Shown: positions 39,732 through 50,921 of the stretch, one piece after another
How the letters are laid out: every line of letters starts with the position of its first letter
Numbering within the stretch: the first letter of the stretch is position 1
Source of the DNA: an uncultured bacterium
Lineage (GTDB): Bacteria; Babelota; Babeliae; Babelales; Vermiphilaceae
Assembly: GCA_963707655.1 (NCBI GenBank)
Contig: OY970172.1
Span: 672,001 to 736,000 of the forward strand
Direction of reading: 5' to 3'
Length of the DNA: 64,000 nt
The notes under the pieces: model-generated
Database searches by the model: none
Told to the model about the DNA's origin: nothing
Seen by the model: the letters and a program-made list of their open reading frames with translations, nothing else
Position numbers and translations under genes: made by a program

Positions 39732-40382
39732 TTAGCTGGCCGCTACTGCTGACACATTCTTTTTGTTATCTGCAATAGTTGCGGTTGCTTTTTTGTTAGC
39801 CGCATACTTTGTATTCATTGCGCCGATAAGTTTATCACTTACATCGGCTTTAGCTGAACTATAGAGTATTTGACCGGTTGTTTTATCAGCTATGATATCA
39901 ATGCTTTCTGCTTGAGCAATGGTTGCTGCTGATTCACGCACTTCTTTAAGAATTCTTTCTGATGCTTTTGCTTGCAACCCTTGGAACTCTTGATTTTTCT
40001 CTTCTACCAGAACTTGGTAATCACGTTTTGCTTTTACCAATCTCTTTTCTTCTTTTTCACGTGATGCTTCACTCATTGTTGCTTTTTTGCTGTCATAAGC
40101 CAAAATGTCTTGTTCTATTTCTTTGCCTTTTTGGGTTATTTCTGTGGACATTTTTTGATTTGTGTCTGACAAGCCGAGTGTTACTTCTGATCCCAATGAC
40201 GATTTTTGCATCACTTCAAATGCATCAACAACGCGTATGTTGAGCTCTTGCCCCTTTTTATCCCCAGCGGCAGCAACTTTTGCTTCAGGAGCTTTCACCT
40301 GAGCAGCCGGTTTTGAATCTGCCAATGCAGTACCAACCAAAGAAGCGCCAAGAATGGTCAAAATTATTCTGTTATTTTTCAT
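39732..40382 (-). CDS. OmpH/Skp family periplasmic chaperone
   Basis: Signal peptide, IRVVDAFEVMQKS..G, coiled coil, ILYS...DVSDKLI. Confidence 0.8.
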   Translation of the reverse strand: MKNNRIILTILGASLVGTALADSKPAAQVKAPEAKVAAAGDKKGQELNIRVVDAFEVMQKSSLGSEVTLGLSDTNQKMSTEITQKGKEIEQDILAYDSKKATMSEASREKEEKRLVKAKRDYQVLVEEKNQEFQGLQAKASERILKEVRESAATIAQAESIDIIADKTTGQILYSSAKADVSDKLIGAMNTKYAANKKATATIADNKKNVSAVAAS

Positions 40383-40470
40383 ATTATATTCCTTTGAAAA
40401 AAAGCTTAATACTCTGTTTCAGCTAATCTAATTTTTTTCAAACATTTAGTCAACTAGGGCTTTCATTCAA

Positions 40471-41058
40471 TTAATTCTCATCTTGCCCGATATCGGAATC
40501 TACCGACTCAGCAACCTCCACCATGTACTGCTCTTCAGCATCCTGGCGAGCTTTTTCTTCACGGTAGCCGGCTATTTTCTTATTGAGCTCATTTAATTCT
40601 TGCTGGGCCCCCACAAGACAATCATTTCCATTTGAAATAAGCAGCAAGTATTCATTTTCTCGCTGAATTATTTTCTTTATGCTTTCTTGTGCTTGCTTGG
40701 CAATTGCTTCCAATTCTTTTTTCTTCTCCTGACAAGGTTCTCTGTTTGGCTCTTTGCAAAAAACAAACATCTGAGCAAGCATAACCTGTTGTAATTCTCG
40801 CTGTTTTTCACTTTCTATCTCATATTCTTTTCTTGCCTGCCTCATGCGCGTACTACAGGCGTCTATATCTTCTTTTAAGTGTTTAATGGCATTGGAACGC
40901 AGCTCACTATTTTGAATTGCTTTGCGCAGTTCTTCATCATTAAGAATGGCTTGAATGACAGGAATAGATGACTGATTGGCTGATGATCCCCAAAAAGCAT
41001 TGCTTGCTTGGTAGGAGCAGAGAACAAAGAGCACTGAAAAAAAACGAATACCATTCAT
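40471..41058 (-). CDS. Secreted coiled-coil hypothetical protein
   Basis: ATG at 41058 with AAAGGA RBS; signal peptide ending ASNA. Confidence 0.65.
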   Translation of the reverse strand: MNGIRFFSVLFVLCSYQASNAFWGSSANQSSIPVIQAILNDEELRKAIQNSELRSNAIKHLKEDIDACSTRMRQARKEYEIESEKQRELQQVMLAQMFVFCKEPNREPCQEKKKELEAIAKQAQESIKKIIQRENEYLLLISNGNDCLVGAQQELNELNKKIAGYREEKARQDAEEQYMVEVAESVDSDIGQDEN

Positions 41059-41169
41059 AGTAAATCCTTTTGATTTTTTCACACAAAGCATTAACGTTCT
41101 CATTGTAATCAAAGTGAACTTTAGCGCAATAAAATGATGTTTCTAAAGGAGGAGATTGATTACCAAGAA

Positions 41170-42957
41170 CTATTCGCTTTCATACGCTTGCTGGTCCCAC
41201 AGGCGCTTATAAATGCCTTGCTTGGCAAGCAGTTCTGCATGGGTACCCTGCTCGGCAACGGATCCATCTTGCAATACAACGATTTGGTCAGCATTTACCA
41301 CGGTGGAAAGACGATGCGCAATAATGAGGGTGGTTGACCCCTTGGAAATCTCTTCAATATTTTTTTGAATTTCTCGTTCAGTACGGGTATCAAGCGCTGA
41401 AGTCGCTTCATCAAAAACATACATCTTGGGAGCTTTTACCAGAACACGCGCAATGGATACGCGCTGCTTTTCACCACCAGATAGTTTGAGGCCCCGTTCC
41501 CCCACCACGGTTGAGATTCCTTCTGGCAGTGCAAAGACCAATTTATGTAACTGAGCTAACTCAATCGCCCTTTCTACTTCAGCTGCCGATGCTTGAGGGT
41601 TCCCATAAGAGATGTTGTAATACAACGTATTATTAAAGAGCACCGTATCTTGCGGTACTACCCCTATTAAGGCACGCAATGATTCTTGCGTAATATCACG
41701 TATATCAATGCCGTTAATTAAAATACGACCATCGGTAACATCGTAGAATCGCAGCAATAGGCGGGTAATAGTTGATTTACCCGAGCCGGTAGAGCCCACA
41801 ATGGCCACTGTTTTTCCTGCAGGAACTTTAAAAGATATGCCTTTTAAAATGGAGCGCTGGGGTCCATAACCAAACACTACATTATCAAAAGTGATTTCAA
41901 CGCTTTCTGGCTTGAGTGTTTGAGCATTTGGACGATCTACAATATCCGGTTTCATTTCAAGCAAATGAAGTGCATTTTCTATATCTCCAAAGCCGCGTCG
42001 TATATGGCGCAGAATAATACCGAAAAAACTCAGTGGATAGATGAACTGTAATAGATAACTATTAATCAACACAAAATCGCCGGTTTTCATCTGGCCCTTT
42101 AAAACAGCCGATCCCGAAATCAAGGTAAAGGCCAAAAGCCCGAGCCCCATAATAACCCCTTGGCCCATGTGTACCATTTCGCTGCGAATTTCTTTTTTGG
42201 TTATAGCGTCTTCAAGCTCAATAAGCGCTTGATTGCACTCATTATGTTCAAATTTTTGATTGTTAAAATATTTCACCGTCTCAAAATTCAACAGACTATC
42301 CACCATGCGCGAGGCAACTTTTTCTTCTTTTTGAATGCTTACGAGCAATGCTTTTGAAGACCATTCAATGCCCACCACGCTAAAGAGTATGTACAATCCC
42401 AAAACAATAAAAAGAAGAGCCCCATACGTGAAAGAATACAAGTACCACAAAACACCAATTGCTATAAAAATTTCTATAATAGTGGGGAGTAAAAATATAA
42501 AAATTTCCATAAAAATATCAGGAAATGCGCGCTGAAGACGTGAAATAATAGCGGCGATCGCCCCGGTTTTTCGCTCAAGATGAAAGCGCAGAGAGAGCTT
42601 GTGCAAATGGTCAAACACAGCAATGCTCAACATTCTTACCCCCCTGCCAATAACCCGTGCAAGCACGATTTCGCGCAACTGAAGAGTAATCTTACTGCAA
42701 ATCCAGGTTACCCCATACACAATGAGTAAAAGCTGCACCAAGCCAGAGGGAATAACCATGCAGGTTGATAATTTATTAATAATGTGTTCAAAGATAAGAG
42801 GGATACTCATATTCAGACAGATAGAAAGCACGACAAAAAACAATGCGCCCGCCATACGAAAACGCATATTAAAGTCATCTACCCACAGATAATGAAAAAC
42901 TAAGCGAATAATTTTACCATACTTCTTTTTCCCTGAGAGACGTAGATTAAGAGCCAT
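41170..42957 (-). CDS. ABCB half-transporter, ATM1/HMT1-like
   Basis: LSLRFHLERKTG, DSLLNFETVKYF, GSTGSGKS, VPQDTVLFN, LSGGEKQR, DEATSALD. Confidence 0.92.
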   Translation of the reverse strand: MALNLRLSGKKKYGKIIRLVFHYLWVDDFNMRFRMAGALFFVVLSICLNMSIPLIFEHIINKLSTCMVIPSGLVQLLLIVYGVTWICSKITLQLREIVLARVIGRGVRMLSIAVFDHLHKLSLRFHLERKTGAIAAIISRLQRAFPDIFMEIFIFLLPTIIEIFIAIGVLWYLYSFTYGALLFIVLGLYILFSVVGIEWSSKALLVSIQKEEKVASRMVDSLLNFETVKYFNNQKFEHNECNQALIELEDAITKKEIRSEMVHMGQGVIMGLGLLAFTLISGSAVLKGQMKTGDFVLINSYLLQFIYPLSFFGIILRHIRRGFGDIENALHLLEMKPDIVDRPNAQTLKPESVEITFDNVVFGYGPQRSILKGISFKVPAGKTVAIVGSTGSGKSTITRLLLRFYDVTDGRILINGIDIRDITQESLRALIGVVPQDTVLFNNTLYYNISYGNPQASAAEVERAIELAQLHKLVFALPEGISTVVGERGLKLSGGEKQRVSIARVLVKAPKMYVFDEATSALDTRTEREIQKNIEEISKGSTTLIIAHRLSTVVNADQIVVLQDGSVAEQGTHAELLAKQGIYKRLWDQQAYESE

Positions 42958-43085
42958 ACCCAATTTCCTTTTATAACAAAACTATGCGCATCAGCCTTAT
43001 TTCATATTATAGTATGCAATCAACTTTTGGTACTAATTTTCAAAAAAATTACTGTTCTGCCCTATCGCCGCGAATGATCTTATGC

Positions 43086-43126
43086 AAAAAAGCGGATGAA
43101 AGGAAATCAATCCGTTTCATCCGCTT
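43086..43126 (-). terminator. Intrinsic terminator
   Basis: AAGCGGATGAAA...TTTCATCCGCTT inverted repeat with A-run (U-tail on minus strand). Confidence 0.7.
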
Positions 43127-43182
43127 AGTTTTTAAATCCTGGTCTCTTATTTCTTCATTGTCGAATGGAGCCAATTATCTTT

Positions 43183-43269
43183 TTATACGTTTTTAAGCTC
43201 TTGCTCTAATGTAGCGATCTGTGCAATTCGCTGCGCATCGGTAGGGTGAGTAGCAGGGATTGGAAAAAA
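43183..43269 (-). pseudogene. Possible relic C-terminus of an M48 peptidase gene
   Basis: Startless frame FFPIPATHPTDAQRIAQIATLEQELKNV* with THP...RI motif. Confidence 0.4.
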
Positions 43270-43280
43270 TCACAATGCGA

Positions 43281-43973
43281 TCATTGTTTTTTAAAGAGAT
43301 GAAATCCGGCAAAGCGAAGAATCAAGGGGGTGCAGGCCAATACGGCCATGGCAACAAAAGCGATGGTTATTTTAAGAGAAAAAACATCTTGTAGCGAATT
43401 GAGATGCTGCAATTGGTGGCCGGCAAAGGAAAAAATTAAAATTCCCGGCATCACGCCCAAAAAGGTTGTCCACGTAAAGGTCCAAAGAGAAACAGTAGTC
43501 AGCCCAGCCAGCAGATTCACGAGAAACAGAGGAACAATGGCAATAAAATGGATCAAAACCAAAAATTGAGTGCCATAATGTGCAACTGCCCGATTAAAAC
43601 TGATTAGCTGAGAGCGATAGTGCTGCTGAATAAAATTACCAATCAGATGACGAACACTCCAAAAAGCAAATGCCGCACCCAGAGTTGAAGCAATAATGCT
43701 CAAAACAGCTCCTAATAACGTACCAAAAAGGAACCCCCCGGCAATCGCAAAGAGAAAGGCAGCCGGCATAGAAATAGCCACTGATGTTGTATAGATTGCA
43801 AAAAAGCTGAACATGGATAGCCAATAGTGGCGCTCAACGTATAATTGCAAATAAGAGCTATGCTTTTTAAGCTGCTCAAAAGTAAAGAGCTGAACAATGC
43901 CTGAAAAATGAAGAAGCACAATGAGTGAGATCAATACTATGCCAAGGAATAAACGCCTTATCACTGTCTTCAT
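43281..43973 (-). CDS. DedA/TVP38 (VTT domain) membrane protein
   Basis: AGGFLFG..LG, ASTLGA, PLFLVNLLAG, TFLGVMPG. Confidence 0.88.
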   Translation of the reverse strand: MKTVIRRLFLGIVLISLIVLLHFSGIVQLFTFEQLKKHSSYLQLYVERHYWLSMFSFFAIYTTSVAISMPAAFLFAIAGGFLFGTLLGAVLSIIASTLGAAFAFWSVRHLIGNFIQQHYRSQLISFNRAVAHYGTQFLVLIHFIAIVPLFLVNLLAGLTTVSLWTFTWTTFLGVMPGILIFSFAGHQLQHLNSLQDVFSLKITIAFVAMAVLACTPLILRFAGFHLFKKQ

Positions 43974-43988
43974 AACACTTTTCCACTG

Positions 43989-44675
43989 TTAGATATGGTA
44001 ATTTTTTTTCACCCTTTTAATAATCAATGGCACCAAGGCGAGGAGTGCAAATATGAGTAATAAGCCCAAGGTTTGCCATGAAATAAGATCTTGCATTGAA
44101 GTAATGGTGCGCAACCGGCTTCCGGCCACCACATAAATCACCAAAAACGGCAAAGTTCCCAGCGCCGTGGTCCATATCATGGTCCTCAAAGGGAGGTCGG
44201 CCAAAATAGCAACAGCGTTAATCACAAAAAAAGGAACCACGCCCAGAAATTGTAAAACAAGCAGATAGCTTGCTCCCCCTTTTTTCATTTCATGCTCAAA
44301 TTTTGCAAATTTTGTTTTATATCTTGCATGAATCACTTGATAAAAAAAGGAACGGTACACGAGAAAAGAGACAGTGGCGCCCAGCACGGCACCCACTTCA
44401 CTATAGATAATGCCATAGCCTATGCCAAACAAATAGCCGGCAGCAAGGGCAAATAAAGGAACAAGCGGCAACCCAAACAGAAGCGCTGCGACAAAAGATA
44501 CAACATACAGAAGCACACCAAAGAAATAATGATTTGAGACAAACTCTTTAAAGACAGCACTGTGCTCTTTGAGTTGTTCGAGTGAAAAATATTTGGCAAA
44601 ACCGAATTGATAAATCAGAAAAATAATCGCCACGAAAGAAAAAATCAAAATTAATTTTTTTGGAAATCGCTTCAT
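43989..44675 (-). CDS. DedA/TVP38 (VTT domain) membrane protein, paralog
   Basis: AAGYLFG..YG, GAVLGA, VPFFVIN, TALGTLP. Confidence 0.88.
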   Translation of the reverse strand: MKRFPKKLILIFSFVAIIFLIYQFGFAKYFSLEQLKEHSAVFKEFVSNHYFFGVLLYVVSFVAALLFGLPLVPLFALAAGYLFGIGYGIIYSEVGAVLGATVSFLVYRSFFYQVIHARYKTKFAKFEHEMKKGGASYLLVLQFLGVVPFFVINAVAILADLPLRTMIWTTALGTLPFLVIYVVAGSRLRTITSMQDLISWQTLGLLLIFALLALVPLIIKRVKKNYHI

Positions 44676-44751
44676 TTTTCCCCTGTCCCCTTGTTTTCTT
44701 TGTTATAATGATAAGTATATAAAAATTTTGTGCACAATTACTAGAGTTCTG

Positions 44752-45570
44752 TCAAAGACCACCCAGATCTTGACAGCCATTAAACGCTATCACTTTACCG
44801 CCTCGGTTTCGCCAACTTGCCGACATGACCAGGCTCGCAACATTTGCCGGGACGCTTGGTGCGCCCTCAATTTTTACATTCAATGCCTGCGCAAAAGGTG
44901 CAAGTGCTTCTTTAAGTATCGTTTGAAATTCGCCGACCAACTCTGCCTTTAATGTTTGTTGCGCTGTAAGAAGTGTAGCCTCGAGATTTTGGAGATCATC
45001 TCGCGTTGCGCATGCCGCTAAAAGCTCTTTTACATCCTCAACAGTCGGCAGCTGGTTAACTCTTTCATCAAAACCACTTAATAACAGACCCAAGCTTTCA
45101 AGCCGCCGCAGTGCTTCCGCGCTTGCCGCATCAACAGCATTAAATCTTGCAATGGTCATATCATGTCTATGCGCGCTCTCTTGCCTGTGCTCATCAAAAC
45201 TCCCATGCAATGCCGAATACTGTATATTTAATGCACTGATTCCTGTATTAACCGTTTCAAATTGACCTGGAATGGCATCAGTGATTAATCGCATTGCGTC
45301 AAGTGCAGATATCGCTCTATCAACATTTGTATGTATTGCTGCCGTGGTACGCTCTAAAGCATCTAGACGTGGATCGTTATAATAAGACCGCAATTTTTGA
45401 TGAACAACCATGCCGGTAACACCAGCAACACAAGCAGCCACAGGAAGCCATTTAATTACCGATGCGGCAGCATTTATCTGCTCCAAAGATTTACTCATTG
45501 CTTGTACTGATATCTGATTGAAAAGGCTCGCCATGAGGAAAAAAATTAACACTCTATTTTTAAAAATCAT
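44752..45570 (-). CDS. Secreted/membrane coiled-coil hypothetical protein
   Basis: Signal peptide ending VQA, TM segment, heptad-rich body. Confidence 0.65.
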   Translation of the reverse strand: MIFKNRVLIFFLMASLFNQISVQAMSKSLEQINAAASVIKWLPVAACVAGVTGMVVHQKLRSYYNDPRLDALERTTAAIHTNVDRAISALDAMRLITDAIPGQFETVNTGISALNIQYSALHGSFDEHRQESAHRHDMTIARFNAVDAASAEALRRLESLGLLLSGFDERVNQLPTVEDVKELLAACATRDDLQNLEATLLTAQQTLKAELVGEFQTILKEALAPFAQALNVKIEGAPSVPANVASLVMSASWRNRGGKVIAFNGCQDLGGL

Positions 45571-45718
45571 GTAATCCGCCTATTAAAGAGCTCTGGATCA
45601 ATATTTTTTGCGTATTATTCGCGCAAGTGTTGTAAATTATAAGAGATTTAAATTAAAATGCAAAAATAAAGAATTTTTAAATTAATGCGTATTATACGCC
45701 ATAAAAAAAGGATTACAC

Positions 45719-46396
45719 ATGTGCTTTTCTGCAAAGGTGAGTTTTATTGCCGCCGGTGTGCTTGCCCTTATAAGCCTGATGAGTTTGTATATTTCGCGCA
45801 CACGCACTGAAAAGTTGCTCTCTTTAACACCACTCTTTTTTGCCATTCAACAAGCAAGCGAAGGAGTATTATGGCTCACGTTACCCTCAGGCAACGGATT
45901 TCTTGCGTATCTGGCTACGTATATATATTTATTTTTTGTTTTTCTTTTTTGGCCGCTGTGGATGCCAATTATTGTTTCTTTTTACGAGAAAGAATGGCTG
46001 CGTAAAATGGGTATGTATTTGTGCGTCGTTGCCGGTGCATGCATTTCTCTCTATTTTTTACGTGTACTATTAATTGCCGGTGCTCATGCAAAAATTGAAC
46101 ATCATCATATATGTTATATTTTTGATTTCACTATTTCTCTCGCCTTCACTTTGCTGCTCAATGCACTCTATTGTGTTGCAACAATAATACCTCTCTTAAT
46201 CTGCAGCAGACCACGGGTGTGGCTTTCAGGGGCAGCATTAGCCATTTCTTATATTGTTTCTTACATTTTTTACTATGCTTGTTTTACTTCTATATGGTGT
46301 TTCTTTGGGGCAGTGCTCAGCTTTTTGACTCTCTACACAATCTATTACAATCAGCATGCAAAGCATACTACTGCAAAAGACGATGCATCGCTTTAA
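45719..46396 (+). CDS. Multi-pass membrane protein (DUF6629-like)
   Basis: MCFSA..SF, PLFFAIQQASEG.LW, TSIWCFF. Confidence 0.75.
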   Translation: MCFSAKVSFIAAGVLALISLMSLYISRTRTEKLLSLTPLFFAIQQASEGVLWLTLPSGNGFLAYLATYIYLFFVFLFWPLWMPIIVSFYEKEWLRKMGMYLCVVAGACISLYFLRVLLIAGAHAKIEHHHICYIFDFTISLAFTLLLNALYCVATIIPLLICSRPRVWLSGAALAISYIVSYIFYYACFTSIWCFFGAVLSFLTLYTIYYNQHAKHTTAKDDASL

Positions 46397-47567
46397 CCAG
46401 CGCATCAACTTCTTCTATCGTATTGTAACAATAAAAGCTGACACGAATCATGGCATCAACGTTGAGAAATTGCGACAACGGCTGAGCGCAATGATTGCCT
46501 GCACGCACACAAATGCCCTGTTGCCACAAATAAGTTGCCACATCATGTGCATGGTGGCCATCAACGGTAAAACTTACCATGTGGCCGTTGTTTTTCAATT
46601 GCTCGATAGATCCTAGGATTTTTATTTTTTCAAGAGAAAGCAATCCCTCAATCAGACGTGCAGATAAATCTGCTTCATGTTTTTGCAAATCGGCAAAGTT
46701 AATGTTTTTGTTGAGATAATCTATCGCGGCACTCAGGCCAATTGCTTGCGCAATGGGTGGCGTACCGGCTTCAAATTTATGCGGCGCTTTGAGCCATGTC
46801 GCATTCTGTGCATTGGCGTGGAATATCATGCCACCGCCAAATTGATACGGCGAAATAATATCATGCAAATCTTTTTTTATATACAACACTCCAATGCCGG
46901 TGGGCCCCAGCATTTTATGTCCGGAAAATGCAAGAAAGTCGCACTTCAAATTCTTTACATCAATCTTTTGGTGCGGCACTGATTGCGCAGCATCAATCAA
47001 AAACAGTGCGCCGCTCTGACGCGCAAATTCTTGCAATATCTGCATATCATTATGAATGCCCAGAGCATTGCTCACCTGTGATACCGCAATAATTTTTATT
47101 TTTTTACTCAATAAGCCGGGCAGGCTCTCAAGTTTCAACGTACCATCAGCATGCAGGGGAATAAGCTTTAAAAGTGCCCCTTTTCTCTTGGCAAGTTGTT
47201 GCCAGGGTACCATGTTGGAATGATGCTCCATCTGCGTAATAACTATTTCATCACCTGGCTGAATATATTCATCGCCCCAAGCGCGAGCCACAAAATTAAT
47301 GCTTTCTGTTGTGCCACGGGTAAAAATTATTTCATCTGAACGAGCGCCAATAAAATGGGCAACTTTAACCCGTGCATCTTCATACAGTTGCGTTGCTTCT
47401 TCTGCCAGTTCATAGAGCCCGCGGTGCACATTTGCATTGCTCTGGCTATAAAAATGGGCCACCGCATCAATAACCGATTGTGGCTTTTGACTGGTAGAAG
47501 CGGTATCAAAATAAATTAATGGCTTTTTAAGAAGCGGAAAATCTTGTCTTAATTTCATTATATCCAT
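46368..47567 (-). CDS. sufS: Cysteine desulfurase SufS
   Basis: NVHRG, EHHSN, FSGHKMLGPTG, FEAGTP, RAGNHCAQP. Confidence 0.95.
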   Translation of the reverse strand: MDIMKLRQDFPLLKKPLIYFDTASTSQKPQSVIDAVAHFYSQSNANVHRGLYELAEEATQLYEDARVKVAHFIGARSDEIIFTRGTTESINFVARAWGDEYIQPGDEIVITQMEHHSNMVPWQQLAKRKGALLKLIPLHADGTLKLESLPGLLSKKIKIIAVSQVSNALGIHNDMQILQEFARQSGALFLIDAAQSVPHQKIDVKNLKCDFLAFSGHKMLGPTGIGVLYIKKDLHDIISPYQFGGGMIFHANAQNATWLKAPHKFEAGTPPIAQAIGLSAAIDYLNKNINFADLQKHEADLSARLIEGLLSLEKIKILGSIEQLKNNGHMVSFTVDGHHAHDVATYLWQQGICVRAGNHCAQPLSQFLNVDAMIRVSFYCYNTIEEVDALVKAMHRLLQ

Positions 47568-48307
47568 TACTCTTCCTCTATTTTTTCCATTGCAGAGTTC
47601 AATAAGCTCTCCTGCATTGAATCTGGCAATTCTTTGATAATTTCTGCAATAAATCCGCGCAATAAAATATGCCGCGCCTGTGTAGAAGAAATACCTCGCG
47701 AAACAAGATATAAAAGTTGATTTTTATCTAATGGACCTGTTGCGGTACCGTGAACGCACTTCACTTCATTGGTCTTCACCTCAAGACTCGGCCGAGAATA
47801 CGCACGCGCCTGAGATGACAATAAAATATTTTTATTCTGTTGTGATGCATAGGTATCCCGAGCGGTTTTGTTAACCTCAATTAATCCTTCATGCATAAAC
47901 TGTGCAGAGCCGGCCAGCAAAGATTTGATTGCCACATCGCTTTTCGTATGCGCCGCGCGATGCTCTTGGCGCGTGGTTATGGTAACGGCTTCATCTTTGT
48001 TGAGCGCCACAATACCTCGTACCTGCGCCTGTGCTCCCTCGCCAAGCAGCAACATTTCGACCTCGTGTCGGCCTGTTTCATTCTGAAGAATATAAAGAGA
48101 CAAAGAAGCATTTTGATGCAGTGTAATATGTAACCGTGTCTTATCATAATGATCATCGCAATGCCAGACAACGGTTGCGCATGTATTGCGCTCAATATGC
48201 ATGGTCGTTATCTCATTGCCGATCGCAGGAGAAATCATTAATGGTGCAAGCGCATTCGCATCGGTAGAAATGGAGATAAAGCGATGAGAAGATTCTGTGT
48301 GCATCAT
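47567..48307 (-). CDS. sufD: Fe-S assembly protein SufD (short)
   Basis: Beta-helix C-terminus [19 protein letters not shown]. Confidence 0.85.
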   Translation of the reverse strand: MMHTESSHRFISISTDANALAPLMISPAIGNEITTMHIERNTCATVVWHCDDHYDKTRLHITLHQNASLSLYILQNETGRHEVEMLLLGEGAQAQVRGIVALNKDEAVTITTRQEHRAAHTKSDVAIKSLLAGSAQFMHEGLIEVNKTARDTYASQQNKNILLSSQARAYSRPSLEVKTNEVKCVHGTATGPLDKNQLLYLVSRGISSTQARHILLRGFIAEIIKELPDSMQESLLNSAMEKIEEE

Positions 48308-49656
48308 CCTATGGACCCTTCCATCTCCATGGCGATCAAGCGATTAATCTCAACCGCATATTCCATGGGTAATTCTTTTACAAATGCATCAATAAAGCCA
48401 TTTACTATCATCGCCCGCGCTTTTTCCTGACTCAATCCACGGCTGGTCAAATAAAAAATCTGTTCATCGCTAATTTTGCTTACTGAAGCTTCGTGGCCAA
48501 CATCGGCTGATTCAGCATTAACTTCAACGGTCGGATAGGTATCTGAGCGTGATAACTCATCCATTAACAATGCATCGCAATTTACGCGCGCGTGAGCATC
48601 TGTTGCTGATTTTCCAATTTTAAGCAATCCGCGATAACTGGCGCGCCCACCCTTGCTACTGATTGATTTTGAAATAATATTGGAACGGGTATGCGGAGCC
48701 AGATGGATTACTTTACCACCCGCATCTTGCTGCTGACCTTTTCCCGCCACTGCAATAGAGATAATTTGTGCTTTTGCGCCGCGCCCTTTAAGGATTACGC
48801 ACGGATATTTCATGGTTACTTTGCTCCCAAAATTACCATCTATCCATTCGACCGTAGCATTTTCATAAGCGATCGCTCGTTTTGTGACCAAATTATACAC
48901 ATTGTGTGACCAGTTTTGAATCGTAGTATAGCGAATTTTAGCACCGGGCAATGCGATCAATTCAACAACGGCAGAATGCAAAGAATTTTGGCGATAGAGC
49001 GGCGCGCTACAGCCTTCAACATAATGCACAAAACTGCCTTCGTCGGCGATAATAAGCGTGCGCTCAAACTGTCCCATACTGGCACTATTAATACGAAAAT
49101 ATGCTTGCAGTGGCATATCAATCTGCACACCTTTGGGCACATAAATAAACGAGCCCCCACTCCATACCGCGCTATTGAGTGCAGCAAATTTATTATCATG
49201 CGGTGGAATTACGGTAGCAAAATATTTTTTGAAAAGATCAGGATATTCTTTGATGGCTACACTCATATCCAAAAAGAGCACTCCTTGCTCAGCCCATTGT
49301 TTTTTGAGCTTTTTATACATCATTTCCGATTCGTATTGCGCACCAACCCCGGCCAAAAATTTTTGTTCTGCCTGAGGAATGCCCAGTTTTTCAAAAGTGT
49401 TTTTTATTTCATCAGGAATTTCTTGCCATGATGCTTTTTGCCCCTCAAGGGGTTTGATGTAATAATGGATATCTTGATGGTCCAATTCGCTCAAATCAGC
49501 ACCCCAGCCCGGCAAGGGAAGTCGCTCAAAAATGGCAAGAGCAGAAAGGCGAAAATCGGTCATCCACGCCGGTTCATTCTTTTGCGCTGACAAGGCGGCA
49601 ACAACTGTTTTGTTGAGCCCTTTGGCGAATTTATAATTATTGTTGGTAAATGCCAT
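48304..49656 (-). CDS. sufB: Fe-S assembly protein SufB
   Basis: [39 protein letters not shown]. Confidence 0.96.
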   Translation of the reverse strand: MAFTNNNYKFAKGLNKTVVAALSAQKNEPAWMTDFRLSALAIFERLPLPGWGADLSELDHQDIHYYIKPLEGQKASWQEIPDEIKNTFEKLGIPQAEQKFLAGVGAQYESEMMYKKLKKQWAEQGVLFLDMSVAIKEYPDLFKKYFATVIPPHDNKFAALNSAVWSGGSFIYVPKGVQIDMPLQAYFRINSASMGQFERTLIIADEGSFVHYVEGCSAPLYRQNSLHSAVVELIALPGAKIRYTTIQNWSHNVYNLVTKRAIAYENATVEWIDGNFGSKVTMKYPCVILKGRGAKAQIISIAVAGKGQQQDAGGKVIHLAPHTRSNIISKSISSKGGRASYRGLLKIGKSATDAHARVNCDALLMDELSRSDTYPTVEVNAESADVGHEASVSKISDEQIFYLTSRGLSQEKARAMIVNGFIDAFVKELPMEYAVEINRLIAMEMEGSIG

Positions 49657-50380
49657 AGCCACTCTTTTCTATTTCCAGAGCCAGTTCCGCCCCCCGCGAG
49701 GCAACCAATCTTCCCTGAACAAGAACATGCACATAGTCGGGAGTAATATATTCAAGAATGCGATTGTAGTGCGTAATGATTAAAAAAGAAGTTGATGGGT
49801 TCTCTGTACGCACAACGTTTAAAGCGGCGGTCACTAATTGTAATGCATCAATATCAAGACCCGAATCAATTTCATCAAGAACAACGAGTTTGGGTTGAAA
49901 AAGCAGCACTTGCAACATTTCAAGCCGCTTTTTTTCCCCGCCTGAAAAACCTTCGTTAACGGAACGATTGGCCAATTGAGGATCCATAGCCAGCAGCTGC
50001 ATTTTTTCATGCAAAAGTTTGGTAAAATCTGCAGCAGAAATCGTTTTTTTTGTTATAGCCTGGTACGCTTCTTTTAAAAAAGTGGCGATACTCAGACCGG
50101 GAATTTCATATGGATGCTGAAAGACCAGAAATAGACCGAGTTGTGCACGTTTATCGGGAGAAAGCCCTAGTAATGACTGGCCATCAAACAGTATATTACC
50201 GGTGGTTATTTGATATGAGGGATGACCCATGAGGGTATGCGCGAGCGTGCTTTTCCCTGAGCCGTTGGGGCCCATAATGGCATGTATTTGGCCGGGGGCA
50301 CTATGCAAAGTAAGATTATGTATGATAGAAACATCTTCTATTGCAACAGAAAGATTATCAATAACAAGGAGATTTTGCAT
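49637..50380 (-). CDS. sufC: Fe-S assembly ATPase SufC
   Basis: [42 protein letters not shown]; start reassigned to ATG 50380. Confidence 0.95.
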   Translation of the reverse strand: MQNLLVIDNLSVAIEDVSIIHNLTLHSAPGQIHAIMGPNGSGKSTLAHTLMGHPSYQITTGNILFDGQSLLGLSPDKRAQLGLFLVFQHPYEIPGLSIATFLKEAYQAITKKTISAADFTKLLHEKMQLLAMDPQLANRSVNEGFSGGEKKRLEMLQVLLFQPKLVVLDEIDSGLDIDALQLVTAALNVVRTENPSTSFLIITHYNRILEYITPDYVHVLVQGRLVASRGAELALEIEKSGYGIYQQ

Positions 50381-50384
50381 ACAG

Positions 50385-50834
50385 TTACTCTGGTACATTT
50401 CGTGGTTTCCATTTGAAATAACAAGCCAGAACAGCAAGGCCAATACCTGAAGCAAAGCCCAACATACCATAGCCCACGGCATAACGATCTTTTTCGCCGC
50501 GGTGCTCTATGTTAAACTGCTCTCGTTCTGCGCATCTTATGACTTCAGCGTCTTGCTCACTCATTCCATACAAAGATACCTTATATTCACGAACCTTATC
50601 ATATTGCTCATGATCGGTACCCTCTTCTTTGCGGCATTCCTCAAGAATAGCCTTAACTTTTTCAGGGTCATTGAGAATCGCATTGGCAAGCCGCTTAGTG
50701 CAAAATGAAGCAAAAACGCGTGATTTTTCTTTTTTTGCCGGCATATCGGTATTCGTTTCTGCATCATAACCCAGTGCTGTTATGCGAGCAGAAAATAAAA
50801 AACCAAAAGCAAAAAGATACAATAATTTTTGCAT
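50385..50834 (-). CDS. Hypothetical protein with signal peptide and C-terminal TM
   Basis: 149-aa ORF directly upstream of sufC. Confidence 0.6.
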   Translation of the reverse strand: MQKLLYLFAFGFLFSARITALGYDAETNTDMPAKKEKSRVFASFCTKRLANAILNDPEKVKAILEECRKEEGTDHEQYDKVREYKVSLYGMSEQDAEVIRCAEREQFNIEHRGEKDRYAVGYGMLGFASGIGLAVLACYFKWKPRNVPE

Positions 50835-50921
50835 AACAATCCCCAGATAAAAAAGTAAAGATTGTAAATAATCATACTATTTATCTATAAAAAAAGCGAT
50901 TCTTAGCCAGAATTGGCTTGC

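Noticed and set aside
41170..50380. ATM1-like ABC transporter as part of the suf system
   Set aside because: Separated by several unrelated genes and a terminator; link unsupported
50381..50482. N-terminal extension of SufC in ORF track
   Set aside because: Overlaps upstream gene; ATG at 50380 gives a normal-length SufC
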